Origin: Chrysomallon squamiferum
Lineage: Eukaryota; Animalia; Mollusca
Assembly (NCBI GenBank): GCA_012295275.1
Contig: CM022671.1
Location: 8,432,001-8,496,000 of the forward strand
DNA length: 64,000 nt
Direction of reading: 5' to 3'
Shown: in pieces, positions 1 through 14,942 of the stretch
Layout: each line of letters opens with the position of its first letter
Numbering within the stretch: the stretch's first letter is position 1
The notes under the pieces: generated by a model
What the model was told of the DNA's origin: nothing
Database searches by the model: none
The model's input: only the letters and a program-made list of their open reading frames with translations
Translations under genes and position numbers: made by a program

Positions 1-732
1 TTCTATTTTTACTGGAATACATTATTTATCTTTCAGTCTGACCATCCATCCATTCATCTGTTTATTTATTTATTTATTCTTTGTAGTTGTTTTTTTTGTC
101 TTTAAAGTAACCTCGACACAAATAACACTGTTTCAGAAAAGTAAATTTGCAAGCACTGGGTATAATAATTAACATATTCAGAAACAGTGCTTTAAAACAT
201 ACTAATATAAATAACCTAAATACATTTTGTATACTGGTTACTTTATTTTTTTAGAGACAAAAAACTAATTTTAAAATCTGACAGTAATATATTATCATCA
301 GTATTATTACAATTCCACAGTCACGAGAAAAAGGAACAAATCAACTTTCATTGGCTACCTCAGACTTTTTATTATACAATACTTGATTAACAGAAAAATA
401 AAGGAAAAATAAAAAAGGACTATAAAAAGATACCAACACCAGCTGAATTACAAGAAATACATTAAAAAAGTTTCACATGTTAACATTAGCTAAGATTAAA
501 TAATATATCTACAATAATGAAACAAAACGTTATTTGTGTCAAAAACGTACAGGAGAGAACAGAAGTAAATATTAACCAGTCAGTTTACTGCTAAACAAAG
601 TGGAAGCAAGATATAATCAATACAGAGCCAGTGAAATGTCATATTTGCTGTTATCCAACAGACAGGTAGATGAAAGATAAACTGTTGTGTTGACTAACTC
701 TGTATACGTCTGAATGTAAAAACATAACGAAC

Positions 733-796
733 CTTTATCTGCAGTGGCGAGAGTTATCTCAACTTTGCTCTGAACCATTTCTTTGTTTTCTTCTGC
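733..796 (-). CDS. Internal coding exon of an unidentified minus-strand gene (AEENKEMVQSKVEITLATADK|G); the gene continues beyond the left edge of the window
   Basis: Minus-strand acceptor ttgtttttgtttctgcAG at 798-797 and donor GTtcgt at 732. The 64-nt exon is open in phase 0, matching the phase-0 donor of the 5484-5089 exon. Confidence 0.6.
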
Positions 797-2517
797 CTGC
801 AGAAACAAAAACAACAAAATTGTTTGTGTCAATAACCTGAGAAAGTATGTCAATTTATGTAGGTTAAACGTTAATGAAAACCTTTAACAGAAACTTCAAT
901 AGTTCTAATGATTTCTGTAAAAATTGATAATGTCAACAACATTTTGCATTTCAAAGTATGCTATTAGAAAATTACATTATTATATGCATAGAATAATAGT
1001 AATAACAACAACAACAACATCATTATTGTAGTTATTATTATTATTTATATGTAATGCATATTATTAATATACTGTTGCACTTTATCAGCATAAATTCATC
1101 AACATTGTAATACATTACCAACAAAATTAAAAACACTGTAATATGCTGTCCAGTTTTTAATGTGTATAATAAAAACATTATCATATATGTACATGAACAA
1201 ACAGGCAGCAAGTTGAACAAAGCTTCAACTAACACAAGATAAGATCAAGTTTGTTCCTGCCTGCCTGTCCTTTTGTTCTTGTTTCAAGTATCCTCATTAG
1301 ATTAGCTGTGATTAAAACATGTTTTCCTTGTATTCAGATCACCAAACCCAGTTTACATTAAATCACTAAACAGGTAATCTACAGAAATACCTACCAGGTG
1401 ACTATTGCAAATGTTACTACAAAAAAAACTTCTTATATCCATATACCAGCTAATAAAAGAAAATACAATCTATCCTCATTAAGAAAACTGTTTATTAAAT
1501 TATCCATTACTGTTAAAGTAGCTCAGGTTTCTTACTGTTTTTTTTCTTTCTTTTGTTCTTAAATAAACCTTTTTTTTTTAACAAATCACATTGCAGCAAA
1601 CCTTTATTTCAGAGAAATCCATAACAAATTATTTTAATTCTCAAGTTAAACAGTTCTCAGTTTCACCACAGTGAACCCAGTTATACAAATGTCAGAAATG
1701 TACTTAACACAATATTTAATTTAAATATGAAACAAGTAAGTAAGTGACCAAGGAAATTGGTGAGTTTAAAAGAAAAATAATTAGGAACGGTCAGGAAATC
1801 CCACACAGTACTTTGTTTGACAACAATTAGTGGGTTGTTTTTTCTTTTCTAGGTGATCTTGTTTATAATGTTAAAAACTGCAGAAAATCTGTAAATGGTT
1901 CTTTTACTTTCTTTCCTATTTTCCTGTTATTATTAATTTATGTTTAAAAAGAAAAGAGTAACAAACAATGAGATAAAGTATTTAACCATGGCTTATAATG
2001 ATGCAATATGCATTAAGATTAACAATGTATTAAATACTCATACAAACACAATGTATATACAAACATACGCACACATACATATTTATAATGTATATACGAA
2101 TACATACATTCATACAAATTTACAGATTATATACATCATATACATGTATGCATTTATATGTGTGTGTATATATGTAGATGTATATGTTTGTATTTATGTA
2201 TATGTATGTTTGTATGTGTGTGTATATTATACATATTTGTATGTTTGTGTATTTATATGTTTGTATGTGTATACATACATACAAACATATACAAATACAT
2301 ATATACACACACATATACAAACATATACATATACACACACATACAAACATATACATATACTTACATAAACAGACATACAAACATACATAATATACATGTA
2401 CACGCACATACAAATATATACATATAACACATTTACATACATACACACACAAACACAACCATATCAAAATAAAAATTAATGAAAAAAAAAAAAAAAAAAA
2501 AAAGGTAAAGAACTTAC

Positions 2518-2544
2518 ATTATCACTAGCTTTTACAACAAACAT
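2518..2544 (-). CDS. Possible alternative first coding segment (MFVVKASDN) of the same gene
   Basis: ATG at 2544 followed by 9 codons and a consensus GTAAGT donor at 2517 in phase 0, compatible with exon 796-733. Confidence 0.25.
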
Positions 2545-5088
2545 TTTGAAATGCTATTCACAGACTTGTTCAGCATCAATGAATAACTGATAAAAGCTGG
2601 ACTGTTTCATTGTTATCAAATAAAATTTTACGTCTTTCAGTACGAGCATTTTATATCACATTTTTATTGCACTGGGGCATTCTCTGAGTCTATGAGCATA
2701 TTGCTTCCAACACAAAGAGTTAAACAATGGTGCCACACGTTGTGGTGGATTTAAATAAAGGGCTCATTTTGTGCAAGTATTGACAAAGAAATAACGTATA
2801 TATGAGCGATACAGTTTCTTTAACGAATCATACAAGTGTTGTTATTGTTTTTCTGGGTCACCATCCTTTGCCGCCACTATCTTCATCTCCAGCTTCACCC
2901 ATCTTTGTTTCCAAACATACCATCATATGAGAATGTGATGAATTTTGTTTTAAAATGTGTGCAGGGGAAAAGAAAAGAAGAAACTGGAAATTAATGATTA
3001 TTTTTAATTGCAACCTACGAAAATGCCTGTTTGCTTCCAAAGGATTGATATTGCCCATTTAGAGTTCCCTTGATTTATGTCTGTGTGTTTGTGTGTATGT
3101 GTGTGGCAAAAAGTTGTGTCAACTATACTAAGTGTCACACAAGCAGAAGTTCATGTACATTTGGATGAACCTTATATCTATAAAAGAATACATAAACACA
3201 ATTGGGTGTTGTGAATGACAGCCTTAATAATATGCACATGTGTATTTTATACTTTTTATAACAGATAGTTAATATGTCATGTACATCCATTATATACATG
3301 TTGTATGACATGGGTCTAATACTTCAGCATTGTGCACATTTATCATGTCCTGGTTGACATAAATAAAGACAGAAATTACTTTTAAAGTGAACAAATTAAT
3401 GTCAAAATATATATTTTTAAATCAAATTAACATGTTTTTTGTTGTTTTTTTTGTACCAAGGGCTTGAATGATGTCAAATATTAATAAATACTCTAAACAC
3501 AACACTTCGAATTTCAAAGGCAAATTATTAATTACGCATTTCTGTGAAAGCTGTACACAAAGGGTAATGGGGACATTAGAGCAGAAATGCCAAAGGGGGT
3601 GATTTAAGCAATCTAAATAAATATCAAATAGTTCCCATTTCTCCAGACCCATAGTGAGATTAGTTGGAGACCTGCTGATCTCCTGAGTCAATCCAGCCAT
3701 TCAATACAGTTGAGTACACACGCAAAACCAACACGGGACAATTAGCTGAATGAACAGCGTAGATTTATCTCACATGCGTACAATGCGTGCAAGTCACACA
3801 TAAAACATATCCACATTAATTCACTTTGTTCTGTATACAACATTAATGTATTTTGTTTTTCCGCTGTTCTTTATATATATATTTATATATATGTATATAC
3901 ATCATGTCTCACTGGCTCAAACAGTTGTGCTTCCAGCTGGCACACACACACACACACTGACACACACACACACACACACACTGACACACACACTGACACA
4001 CACACACACACACACACACACGTACATTTGTGTGCCCAGGACAAGAGGCTGGTCCTTCAACAGAACAAGTGGCCACTCCATACGAACTTAAAACTCAAAA
4101 CTTAAAACCAAACCGTGAGTGCAGACCTTACAAACACAGGCATAACACTCCAGATCTCAACACACACTTTACCAGTGAGACAGGCTCTTAAATTAAAACT
4201 ATCAAGCCAGAAGCTATTATTATTTCAGTACAATGGGAAAACCACTTTCTGTGATATAAACCAGGCTTTAATTTTTCAAATAGTAAAGGAGAATAACAAA
4301 ATATATTGCCTTATAATGAATGGGAGCAACACAGTTGTCACAGATAGGCAAAATGAATTCTTATTTGTTGATTTATTTTTATTTTAAAAAAGAAATAAAA
4401 GTTTATGACGATTGTGATAAAAAACCACCAATTTTTATATTCCTTTAAAGAAATATATATAGATGAAAGTGAATGCATGTATATAATTATATATATATAT
4501 ACATACATATCACATAAATTAGATCAAATTAAATTAAATGTCTATTTTAAAATGAAAATCTTGACTTTAAAAAATATTTAAAAAATATATAAAAATGTGA
4601 CAAGAATGTCTATTTAGTTGTTTTTTTTGTTTTTTTTTCATTTCGGCAAGAAGTATTTTTAATGCAACAAAACAGTTAAATTATTTTCCACATAAATTGT
4701 AAGATTTTAATCTAAAATATAAAAATAAACCTAGAGCAGACTGGTTTTCTGTGTTTCAGTTTACCATGAATTTAAACAGAAATCTAAAAAGCCACTGATT
4801 ATACTTACTGCTGTCAAATATAAAAATTCCTTTTTTTTTCCTTGTCAATAAAGAAATGGATTTTACTAATAGGTTTAACAAAATAATAGAGAAGAAGCCA
4901 GAGAAACAGCTTAAAGGACCACATCTACTGATCAACAGCAAGGCTACTTTTATCTGTACTTCAATAGAAGTATTAACAATGGAGAAAGGAATAAACAAAG
5001 TTAGATGAAATATTTCTCTAATGTGAGAGTAACAAGTGAATTAACAATGTGACAAGCCAACACATTCAATAAACACCACAGCACTTAC

Positions 5089-5484
5089 CTCGATATTATC
5101 ATTTTCATCCATGATTTTCAAGTCTCTTGCGGCATTGTCTGTCTCTGTTGAAAACTCATGTAAGCAATGGTTGTTGTATATCAAGTCTGCAGTTGTACTG
5201 GAAATGTTAGTCAGTTTGGCACTGGAAAGGTTTGTGATGTTTGCTCTGGACTTGTTTGTGATTCCTGCATCAGAAATGAAATTTTGCTTTTTGGGTGGAA
5301 CGTTCATCACATTTCTATGACCTGATGATTGTGATGATGTCTGAATGTTGATCGGTTTCAGGGGTGAATCCACCTCATCATCCTCTCCACTGGATCCAGA
5401 ATCCATTTCTTCTTCACCCTGTTTCACTACAGTTTCACTTTCAAAGTCATTCAGCAGATCAGAAAACGCTTGTTCTATTTCCAT
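5089..5484 (-). CDS. First coding exon (132 codons, acidic/Ser-rich, probably disordered N-terminus MEIEQAFSDLLNDFES...DENDNIE) of an unidentified gene
   Basis: Non-repetitive ORF ending at a perfect GAG|GTAAGT donor (5088). The exon probably starts at the acceptor tttatttacAG (5733), giving a 5'UTR portion 5732-5485. Confidence 0.65.
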
Positions 5485-7036
5485 AACGGTTTATTAGTTT
5501 GAAATAAAACACAAAGCACAAAAATGAAAAAAATATGTAAAATCTTGAATTCTTCCTGTGACGCAAGTCTTTCTATACAGACTTTTTTTTGTTTAGTATA
5601 TCCAGTCTTTGTTTTATTTTATTATGTGATAACAATACAATCATTTAGACAAATTTTAAAGATTAAAAAATTTTCCACGGTAAATTTCCTGCTATTGTTC
5701 ACCTCCAATGCTGAACACTGAGTTCACAGTTCCTGTAAATAAACAAAAAATAAACAATCAATTCTGTTTATGTAATGAAAATGTCAAGATGAAAATAAAT
5801 AAAACATGATCTACTGGCTTTTCATTCAAGGTGCAATTCATAAAAGAACAATAAATTCTGTCCAGGAAAAGATTTCGAGAGATAAAGTGAAAAAGAAAAA
5901 TTAATAAAATTTAAGAGTAACATGGAGTTTGAATGCATGCTGATAAGAGCTCCAGAGAAACAAAAATAATTAAAAAAAAAAAGAAGAAATAAATACCCCA
6001 CACTCAAAATACTCTGCTTAAAATTCAATAATATAAAATGAAAACATGAATGTTGATAGACCACTTACAAAAGGAAATAAATAAATATATAAAAAATAGT
6101 AGTAATAAAAGTTTTTCGTTTTTTTTTTTTTTTAAACTGGTTCTGATACACTATATATCCCATTTATATCATTTGAAATATTTAAAAAAAAAAATTTAAA
6201 AAAATAAAAAAAATTAAATAAATAAATATTAAAAAAATAAATAAAATAAATACAAATTTTTCTCTCAAATTCTAGTCAATTGAGCAAAAGTTTAACACAC
6301 ATCCAACAATGAACGTCAGAAACCTGTTGTTTTTTCCTGTTCTGGTTGAAATCTGTTCTTGTTATGAACCAACTGTTAGATTACAAAATGGAATTTTGTT
6401 GTGTCACTTATATACTAGGATACAAGTACTATCTGTGTCTTTTCCTAATATACACATGTCAGGAAAACGTTTCAGTGACTGTATCAAGTAACCCAGATTA
6501 AAACTTTATCCCTTAGGTAAGATTAAGCTTCAACATTACTTCCTACTTGCATGGATTATTGTTTTACATTTGTACTCTTAAAGATTAACCAACCACACCT
6601 GTGGGTCTGAGAAGAGGTATTAAATAAAAAGTGGAGGGGGGGCAAGGAAAAACTTTAAAAAAAACCAAAAACATTAGGACATTTCCTGCAGATGTACTGA
6701 CAAAAAATGGCAGGGGTCAGAAAAAAAGAGAAAATTATGATCAGACAATCCACCAGCTGCAATGGATAGAGAGAAATAATGGTGAAGACAAAAAAAAAAA
6801 AAAAAAAGAGAAGAAACCTGAAAGAAACAAAATGTTTTTCTTTAATATGTGATAAAAAGTGACCATTAAGAAGCAGTGAGCAATCACAAATGTTGTTACT
6901 AACAACAGGATTTGATCCCAGGACCTACTAATTCATTGACTCACAACTTACCTAAAGCACCAGTAAGACAGACAGACAGACAAAACAAATAAATAAAAAT
7001 AATTAAAATTAAAATTGAAAGTATGCAAACATTTAC

Positions 7037-7180
7037 CTTTAATAAGTTGTGAGAGTCAGGCTTAATGAGCTGAATGCAGTCATGTGTGTGTGGTTAACAC
7101 AGACGCACAGACACTGTGACACCATTGTGTGCGGAGGTAGTTCTATATCACCATATGTCTTCCTTCACAGCATACCTTGT
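7037..7180 (-). other. Probable non-coding 5'UTR exon of the minus-strand gene
   Basis: Acceptor ttgtgtttgcAG at 7182-7181 and donor AAG|GTAAAT at 7036. All three frames contain stops. Confidence 0.4.
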
Positions 7181-8621
7181 CTGCAAACACAACATTTGTC
7201 ACTGTAACTGAGCTCACTGGAATACAGCAGTCTTCACTGCATAACTTCACAAATGTATTCTACATACATAAAATGAACATACAACCTTTATGTATTTTTC
7301 ATAAAATACTTACAAGTCATTAAATATTTTACATAAAAAATTAACAGTCAGTATGTATTTTACATGACCTATGAACAATTATGTATTTTACATAAAAGTG
7401 TATCAACGACTATGTATTTTACATAAAAACCTATCTAATTTTTTTACTAATTTTATATTTAATACTAGAACAACTTCACAGAAAAATTAATAAATAATAA
7501 AAATATTTAATTTTTTATATATTTTTTAAAATTATTTACTCTTCACTTCAAAACCACATTTAATATTTCAACAGACCCTCTTTCAATTTCGTTTTTCTGT
7601 TTTCTCAAATTATCACAATCCATGAAATTAATGCATGCACATGCAGTGTACGTCATGAAATTTTCAAAACTGCACAAGCTAACACATTAAACAAAATGGC
7701 TTTCACAGAGCCAAGTGAGGAGAAGATAATCAAATTCATTTCATGTGTTAAAAAACTGACACCAGCATGATACGTTGAAACACTGAGAAATGTGAGATGT
7801 CAATGTGTACTAGCAACAAAGAATTATCTATCTGACTCTACTGACACATTCATCCACAGTAAGAAAAAAGATTTAAGAAAAAAAACAAAATAGAAATTTT
7901 CAAAAAAAAGAGATGATCTTGGGTGCCCCATGGAGAGATACCCGACACTACAAATTTTCAGATTTTTTTTTATCCAACCAGTGACAATAAAAGCAGACAA
8001 AAGTGGCCTGTGTACACACCTAAATGGTCACTAACCAAGCTTGAAAAACCCTCGAAACAAAATAAAGAAAAAAAGAAGAAGAAAAAAAAAGAGGTGAAGA
8101 TTGATGCATATAAATGTCAGTTTGTTATTGCCAGTGTACAATGTTAAGGCCATAAATATTAACTCATCAGAAATATTCAATAACGTATTCACAGCTTCGC
8201 TCAAGTGTCTTGTCCATACTGGCTACTTCGCCACAACGTATACATTTCACATGAAGAGGTGTTTGTGTGTAGAACATACAAATATTGTTCTTGCTGGTGT
8301 GAATATACACACATCTCAACAGAAATATATATGTGTACATTTGACAAACTCTGTTCATAAATGTTAACAACTGGCTGGAAAAAAAAAGTCAGTAATGTAG
8401 ATCTGTTAAGTTGATACTGTTTACAGTTGTAAAGCTGAACTGGATACAGTCTGCGTCAGAAAGAGTTAATTTTTGTAGTTTAAATTACCATGCATTGTTG
8501 AATGTAGATTTATTACTAAAGTGAAGTATTTAAATGTGAACTGAGTTTAAATAACTGTTGTTGTTGTTATTATTTATTTATTATTATTAATTTTATTATT
8601 ATTTATTATTGTTGTTTATTA

Positions 8622-8666
<45 letters not shown>

Positions 8667-8698
8667 TATTATTACAAGTTTTATTTTTATTATTATTA

Positions 8699-8748
<50 letters not shown>

Positions 8749-11569
8749 TCATTACTGACAAGTTTCTATTTTTGATTATTACTGGTTACATGCTGATATG
8801 TTTTTGTGGGTTAGTATTTTTGTTATATTTTTTAATTTATTTTTTGTTTAGTTTACTCCTGAAAGTCCTCACTCAAATTGTATATTCACTGTGTAATACT
8901 GTGTTATTTCAATTCATTTGTGTTTTAATTTGATATTTTGTTTAGTTTACTCGTGAAAGTCTTCACTCAAAATGTATCAGTACTCCTGTGTAACATTCTT
9001 GTTATTTTAATGGCAAACACTTTTCATATTATACTGACGACCAATTTTCTCTATGCATTTAACACAACTCTGTAAACTGCTTTAGAATCCAGTTTTAGGC
9101 TTAGGGTCAGTTGTGGAAATAATATTATCATTACAATCAGATTTAGTGTTATTTTATGGCTATGATAAGGCTTAGGTCAGGCTAAATGGTAAGGTTAAGT
9201 TGAATCAAATAAACCTGAGACATGGAAGCATATTGTGGACGAATCTTAAATCTTTCCATATCTCATACTTTTATAACTTTTAAAACTTTCACACTTGTAC
9301 CTTGATAAACTATATTACTCAGTTGTTATTATAATATAGATTTTTTAATTTTTAAATTAAATACAATATGTCTGTATACATTTACAGTAAACACTTGATA
9401 TGTATTTGACAAGAAGACCTAACATTTAAATATGCAGTACATTTTATTACTGCATCTTTATATTTAGATAAGTATTTCACATCAGGACTTGTAAGTTTTC
9501 TTAAATATGTAATACATTTTAGTATTTTATCATTACTATAGCAACATCATATTCAGATACATACATTTGAATGTGGTGTATCATACACTCTATTATTAAA
9601 CCCGTAAAAATAACTTTATATTTAGATACACATTTCACAACAGGACTTAAAAGGTACCTCAAATAATACAGTGTGTAATATGCTTTATTATTACATCATT
9701 AATACAACACATGCAGTTCTAGTAATTATAAATGTCTGTCACTTCTTTTTTTTTTTTCTTTCATTCTTTCAGTCAGAGCATATTAATCCACTGTTTGTAG
9801 TACAAGGAGATCGGATTGCATGCTCTATGAAGTTCTGATTTTTCAGCTGGGAAAAGTAAACTGTCATATTAAGCTGATCGTAGACTAAGATTAAATCCTT
9901 TCTTCAGAAACTAAACATTTTTTTTTAAATAATTTTTACTCCTTCTCTTTAACAAGAATTATTTGTAACTCAAGGCCAGATAAAAAAAATTCAGAACATA
10001 AGAGGTTTATGATATTATAGCAGCAAAATATTAACTTTCAGGATAAACTGACTGTCATTAAAACTGAAATAATAAAAGAAAATAAAAAAACATAAAAAGA
10101 ACAAATAAAGGAATTAAATGAAAAGAAATGAAATCATGGACTCTTTGTACAGACAGCACTGAAATACATACTGATAAAAATCTACCAACAGAAAAAAATG
10201 GAATCATTATTATCCTCTGTACTGCATGCTTAATAAATAAATCTTTTGTTAGTGTCAGCTTAGAAGTCATTTAGTATGATAATCAAGGACTAAAGTCTTA
10301 TATTTGATACTCCCTTTATTGTTCATTGACAAGGTGGTAGTGACATTTAACAGCAAAACATGAACTAAAACAGAAGTGGATGATGTCAGGGATTGAACTG
10401 GATGTGACATGATAGATCAAAGATTCTGTTATTACTCAGTGTATTGTGACTGGTTAAAGTCATCACTGTATGAGTACAGTGAACTCTAGAGCAGTCATTT
10501 AAGTTTCAAAAACATAATATAAATTAAAATTTTAAAATAAATAAATAAATAGAAAAGATAAAAAGAAAAGAAATTAAATTAAAAAATTAACAAATAAATA
10601 AAAATAAAAAAATAAAAAATAAAAAATATAAATAACGTAAAGTAAAAGTAAAGTAAAATAAAAGTAAAATAACTAACAGATCTAAACAGAAGTGGTGCAT
10701 GTACACCATGTATTCAGTTGAATTTTTTTTTATAATTTTGGGGTTTTTAAAAAAAAAAAGAAAAAAGAGAAAACAAAAAGAACAACAACATTGAAACCCA
10801 CAAACCCAGAAAGCATGTTAACAAACACTATTACATTTCACTACCAGCAATTTGTTACAAATTACAAGGCAGCTGTCAATGATTACCATGATACCTTTTT
10901 AAAGTACAAACAGTTTTCAAACTACCATATAATTATCCTTCCACTTGAAAAACGAGATATACAATCACTCACACTAAAATGTTTAAACATATTTCACACA
11001 TAACTAACCAATCTGGAGTGACATATAATGATATACAGAGTTACACAGTACAAATTTAAATACCATCCTACAACATACTTGTGCCCATCATCATATCAGT
11101 TCATCAACAAAGCAGTTTATAATGAAAATTTTCATAACGACATTGTAGCAGAATATCAGATAACATGTTATTTAAATGGTGTAGACATTTTTGGTGAAAT
11201 GTGTAGATTATCTGAATAATCTGTGTAAATTGATATGACCATGACTGATCATCAAACAACTGAAAAAAAGAAAATCATTACATCTGTAGTATTATATTCA
11301 CTAAAATCCAGTAAGAACAACTAAACCAGAAGAAGTAGTATATGCTTTTAAATTTATAATTTTTTTTAATTTTTAAATTCATATCCCGTAATAGCTATTA
11401 GTACTTCAAAAAAAAAAAAAACTATATTTCATCTATAAAAAAGAATTCTAAAGAATCTTTTATATATTCTCACAACTGAATAGTTGATTTATTTAAAGAC
11501 TGTCGTGTTGGCTGTGTGTGGGTGTTTGCAGATGCTTATCACGGCGAAAGAGTGTAATTCAAATAACAC

Positions 11570-11710
11570 AGAACTGAGCTTCAGGTCAAAAGCTAGAGGT
11601 TCAATTCTCGTCAGTGGATCAAACTGATTACTTCATATGTCAGTCAGTGAGTTCTGATTGGTTAATCAAACACTGTGGTATGTGCTTTCCTGACTTTGAG
11701 AACAAGCAAA
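11570..11710 (+). mobile_element. Degenerate tRNA-headed SINE with a Deu/Nin-like core
   Basis: Box-B-like GGTTCAATTCTC followed by cagtcagtg...gattggttaatcaaacactgtggtatgtgctttcctgactttgag, which resembles the Deu/Nin core 'ggccgtggtatgtgctatcctgtctgtggga' as I recall it. Confidence 0.45.
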
Positions 11711-11939
11711 CATTATTCTATAAAATATTGAAATAAATTTCCCATTCTAGCAAATATCCCATTCATCAAAGACGTATGTATCCATGAGAACAAGCTATCT
11801 TGCTTTATTCGCTGATGTTTTTCTTTTATGTTATCATAAATTCCTTAACCATTTGATAATATGCCATGTCACAGTGTATTAAAAATGTATAAAGTGAATT
11901 ACAATAACACTTCCTGCTTCCTTCACGTAAATTCACAAT

Positions 11940-12207
11940 AATAGATTTTATTGACTGATAATGTTCATTATTCATGTAATTAGAGTACATTGATTAACTA
12001 CTGACATTTAGGGTCTTGTTCTTTTACTAATATTATTAACTTTTTTTTTGGAACTATAGGTTAAATGGTTTAATGTTTATTCAGTGTGAAACAATAAACC
12101 ATTTAAACTGTAGTACAAAAAAAAAACAAAAAAAAAAAAAAGTCAATAACTAATCAATATCCTCTAATTACATGAATAATGAACATTATCGACCAATAAA
12201 TCTATTT
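11940..12207. mobile_element. Fold-back / MITE-like inverted-repeat element
   Basis: The left arm atagattttattgactgataatgttcattattcatgtaattagag is the reverse complement of the right arm ctctaattacatgaataatgaacattatcgaccaataaatctat. Inner arms tttggaactataggttaaatggttta and taaaccatttaaactgtagtacaaa also pair. Confidence 0.6.
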
Positions 12208-13151
12208 CCGAATACAATGAGCTTGGCTCAGTGAGATCTGGTGCTACACCTCCCATTAATAATGTACCAATGTAGCTGTCAGGAACTTGGTGTCAGGGTA
12301 ATGAAATTAAGAACAAACAAATGCTTTATGACCAGGGAAATGAATGGCACATCAACACATTATTTCTTCTGTGAACTGTGATCAGGGGTTAAAACAGTTA
12401 AAAAAAAAAAAAAAAAAAGAAAAATAAAATAAAAAATGTGAGAGAAAAATGTTAATAATGATGAAATGACAGGAAACAAAGATACAAGAGTGACAGTCAG
12501 TGGGTTACTCTCACCACATAGAAGAAAATCATATTTTATGTGGACCTTGCTGTTTTAACTTGAAAGTTTTAATCTGAATCTTTTATTAAGAAGAAAAAGT
12601 AACAAGTGTCTGTGTGGAATGTGAAAAGTACCTTGAGGAACAGTGGTAAAAATGTATCACATTTCTCAGTGGAGCACTGTTTGGAACATGAAAAATTGAA
12701 CAGTGAGGAAAAACTGATCCTAGATTTTAATATTCCTCAGTGGAACAGGAAAGAGACTGCAATAAACAGTGAGAAAAGAACTGCATCTCCACATTTCTCA
12801 GTTCAGCAGTCTAACCAGCCAGAGAAAGATTTGACAACTGAATAAAAACACATACAGACTGAATGACTTGCCCCTAGACGGCCTGGCCCAAGCTGAAATC
12901 TATAAAATAAATACAGTTACAAGAATCCCTCTAAAGAGCTCAGTTTTGCAGGTGTAATGATGGTATGAATGGAACAATGACCATTTGACTGTACAATCCA
13001 CTTGCCAGCCGAATGTGTAAATAAATATTGATACAAGTGATTGTAAACAGGTGCTATTTCCCCAAACACATTTCTTCACCTGTAACACAGAGCTTTTTCT
13101 TTCTAACTTAAAAATAAGATAATAATAATAACTGTAGTTTGCCTCTGCCAC

Positions 13152-13306
13152 ATAATAATAATAATAATAACAATAATAATAACAATAATAATAATAATAA
13201 CAATAATAATAATAATATTAATAACAATAACAATAACAATAATAATAATAATAATAACAATAATAATAACAATAATAATATTAATAACAATAACAATAAC
13301 AATAAC

Positions 13307-13341
<35 letters not shown>
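13152..13341 (+). repeat. (AAT/AAC)n microsatellite
   Basis: Direct inspection. It generates the poly-N and poly-L ORF artefacts. Confidence 0.95.
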
Positions 13342-13343
<2 letters not shown>

Positions 13344-14000
13344 TTTATGCTCTAATCTTGAATTATATAAATGAATGGCTAAGTTTGATAAACACTGAAA
13401 ATAAACAAATAACCTTCAAAATCCAGATGAAATGAATTAAAAGTTTACAAGTGTAAGTTAAACAATTAAATATTTCAACTAAAAAAAAAACATCACTGAA
13501 ATCTTATTAATACTGTGTAGCAGATATGAATAATATGTTTCTAGGTATATAATTATTAAAATACTAATAATTTTAATTAATATGTTTAAAATACATAACG
13601 GCTATGATATTTTACTGTTTACACTTACCAGATTCTGACAGGAATTAAACAATGTTGTTAATCGTCTTTTCTTCTTAATAGAATAAAAAAACATATGCGC
13701 AATTTTGTTCGTCAATTGAAAAATATCTTTCACTAAACAGGACTCGCCAGGTCCCGTGGAATCCAAAAAATGAAGAAAACAACCAAGATAAATGTAGTGT
13801 ACCAGGATTAACTTTTTAACTGTCGCTGAAATGCATGGGTGGTCTCATCACATCACATGTATCATTTAAACTCGAAAACTCCACTATTCCACGAACACAG
13901 TGACTATAAAATACGTTACAACGGCTACTGACTACTTTATAAATGTCGACACTAAACCAAATGTCTTCCTTTTGCGTTATTAATGTACAAAAATACTCAC

Positions 14001-14190
14001 GGAACTCACAGATGTGTTTACGACTGTCCGCAAGACAACAAGGTCTGCACCGCGGGTGTACGGTGCAGTCAAATCGACAGTCCGGCCAGTTTCTTGGATT
14101 CAGCCAAGAAGACAGGGTTCATTTAAAAAATAGGCCAGCTTTTTCACTCGATAGTCAACAATTGTTTCTTAACAGCGTCGTCAAAACTGA
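14001..14190 (-). promoter_or_regulatory. Putative TSS and first non-coding exon of the minus-strand gene
   Basis: Minus-strand initiator-like TCAGTT at 14190-14185 and a GTGAGT donor at 14000. It lies in a CpG-retaining block (about 13.9-14.65 kb) at the edge of the CpG-poor 1-13.5 kb gene body. Confidence 0.45.
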
Positions 14191-14893
14191 AATGTCTCTC
14201 TCTCTGTCACAGTATTATTTCGCTTCCGCTCGTTCTCTCGACACATTCGTAAACAGAAGCCGAAGTTAAAATGTGGCAGAAATCTTCAGCGAAAATCGCA
14301 CGTGTTCACACTACGAGTTTCCTTCTTTTTTTTTCTTTTTTTTGTTATCCATAACAAACATTTGTCCACGCTCCGCCACCAAACTGTCAAACAGGAGTGT
14401 ACGTCTGTCCCGCCCACATTTCCTAGGCGCTCATTAAAGATAAAATGCGTTTTACACAATGGCTCGAGTCTGTGGCGACCGTCGCGTTCAGTTCTGTCAC
14501 CTGTTCCCAGCTGCCTGCACGTTTCCAGTGGGAAGAAGCTGACGACTGTCATTCACGAATTCGAGTCACCGCAGCGTAACCGAACGTCAATGTTATCTGC
14601 TGTTGTCAAAGCCCAAGTACGAACTCGGACATAAGATCGGAATAGGCAGAATATTTATTTGTCAGGGTCAAATGCTTGCACGCATATGCCCCACAGCCCA
14701 CAATTATAATTCTGACTGAGTAACGAGTCATTTAAAACTCGAGTCATTTAAACGTCAGGTACACTTGTTTGAATACTTTAATAACTCGAGCATTGTTCGA
14801 AAATCTTATTATTTTTTATTCGGATTATACAGACGTCATTATTATGTGTTTAAAAATATGTAAATACACACACACACACACACACTCTCTCTC

Positions 14894-14942
<49 letters not shown>

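Noticed and set aside
1940-2467. Several overlapping ORFs rich in Y/V/C/I/H/T, with a loose mirror structure
   Set aside because: They are translations of (TATG)/(CATA)/(CA) simple repeats. The symmetry follows from low complexity.
7860-8470. piggyBac-like element suggested by the ...gaaagagTTAA terminus at about 8460-8469
   Set aside because: No matching opposite terminus or transposase remnant could be identified.
13943-14634. Plus-strand ORFs of 108 and 110 aa
   Set aside because: No recognisable motif or splice context. They are open by chance in GC-richer promoter DNA.
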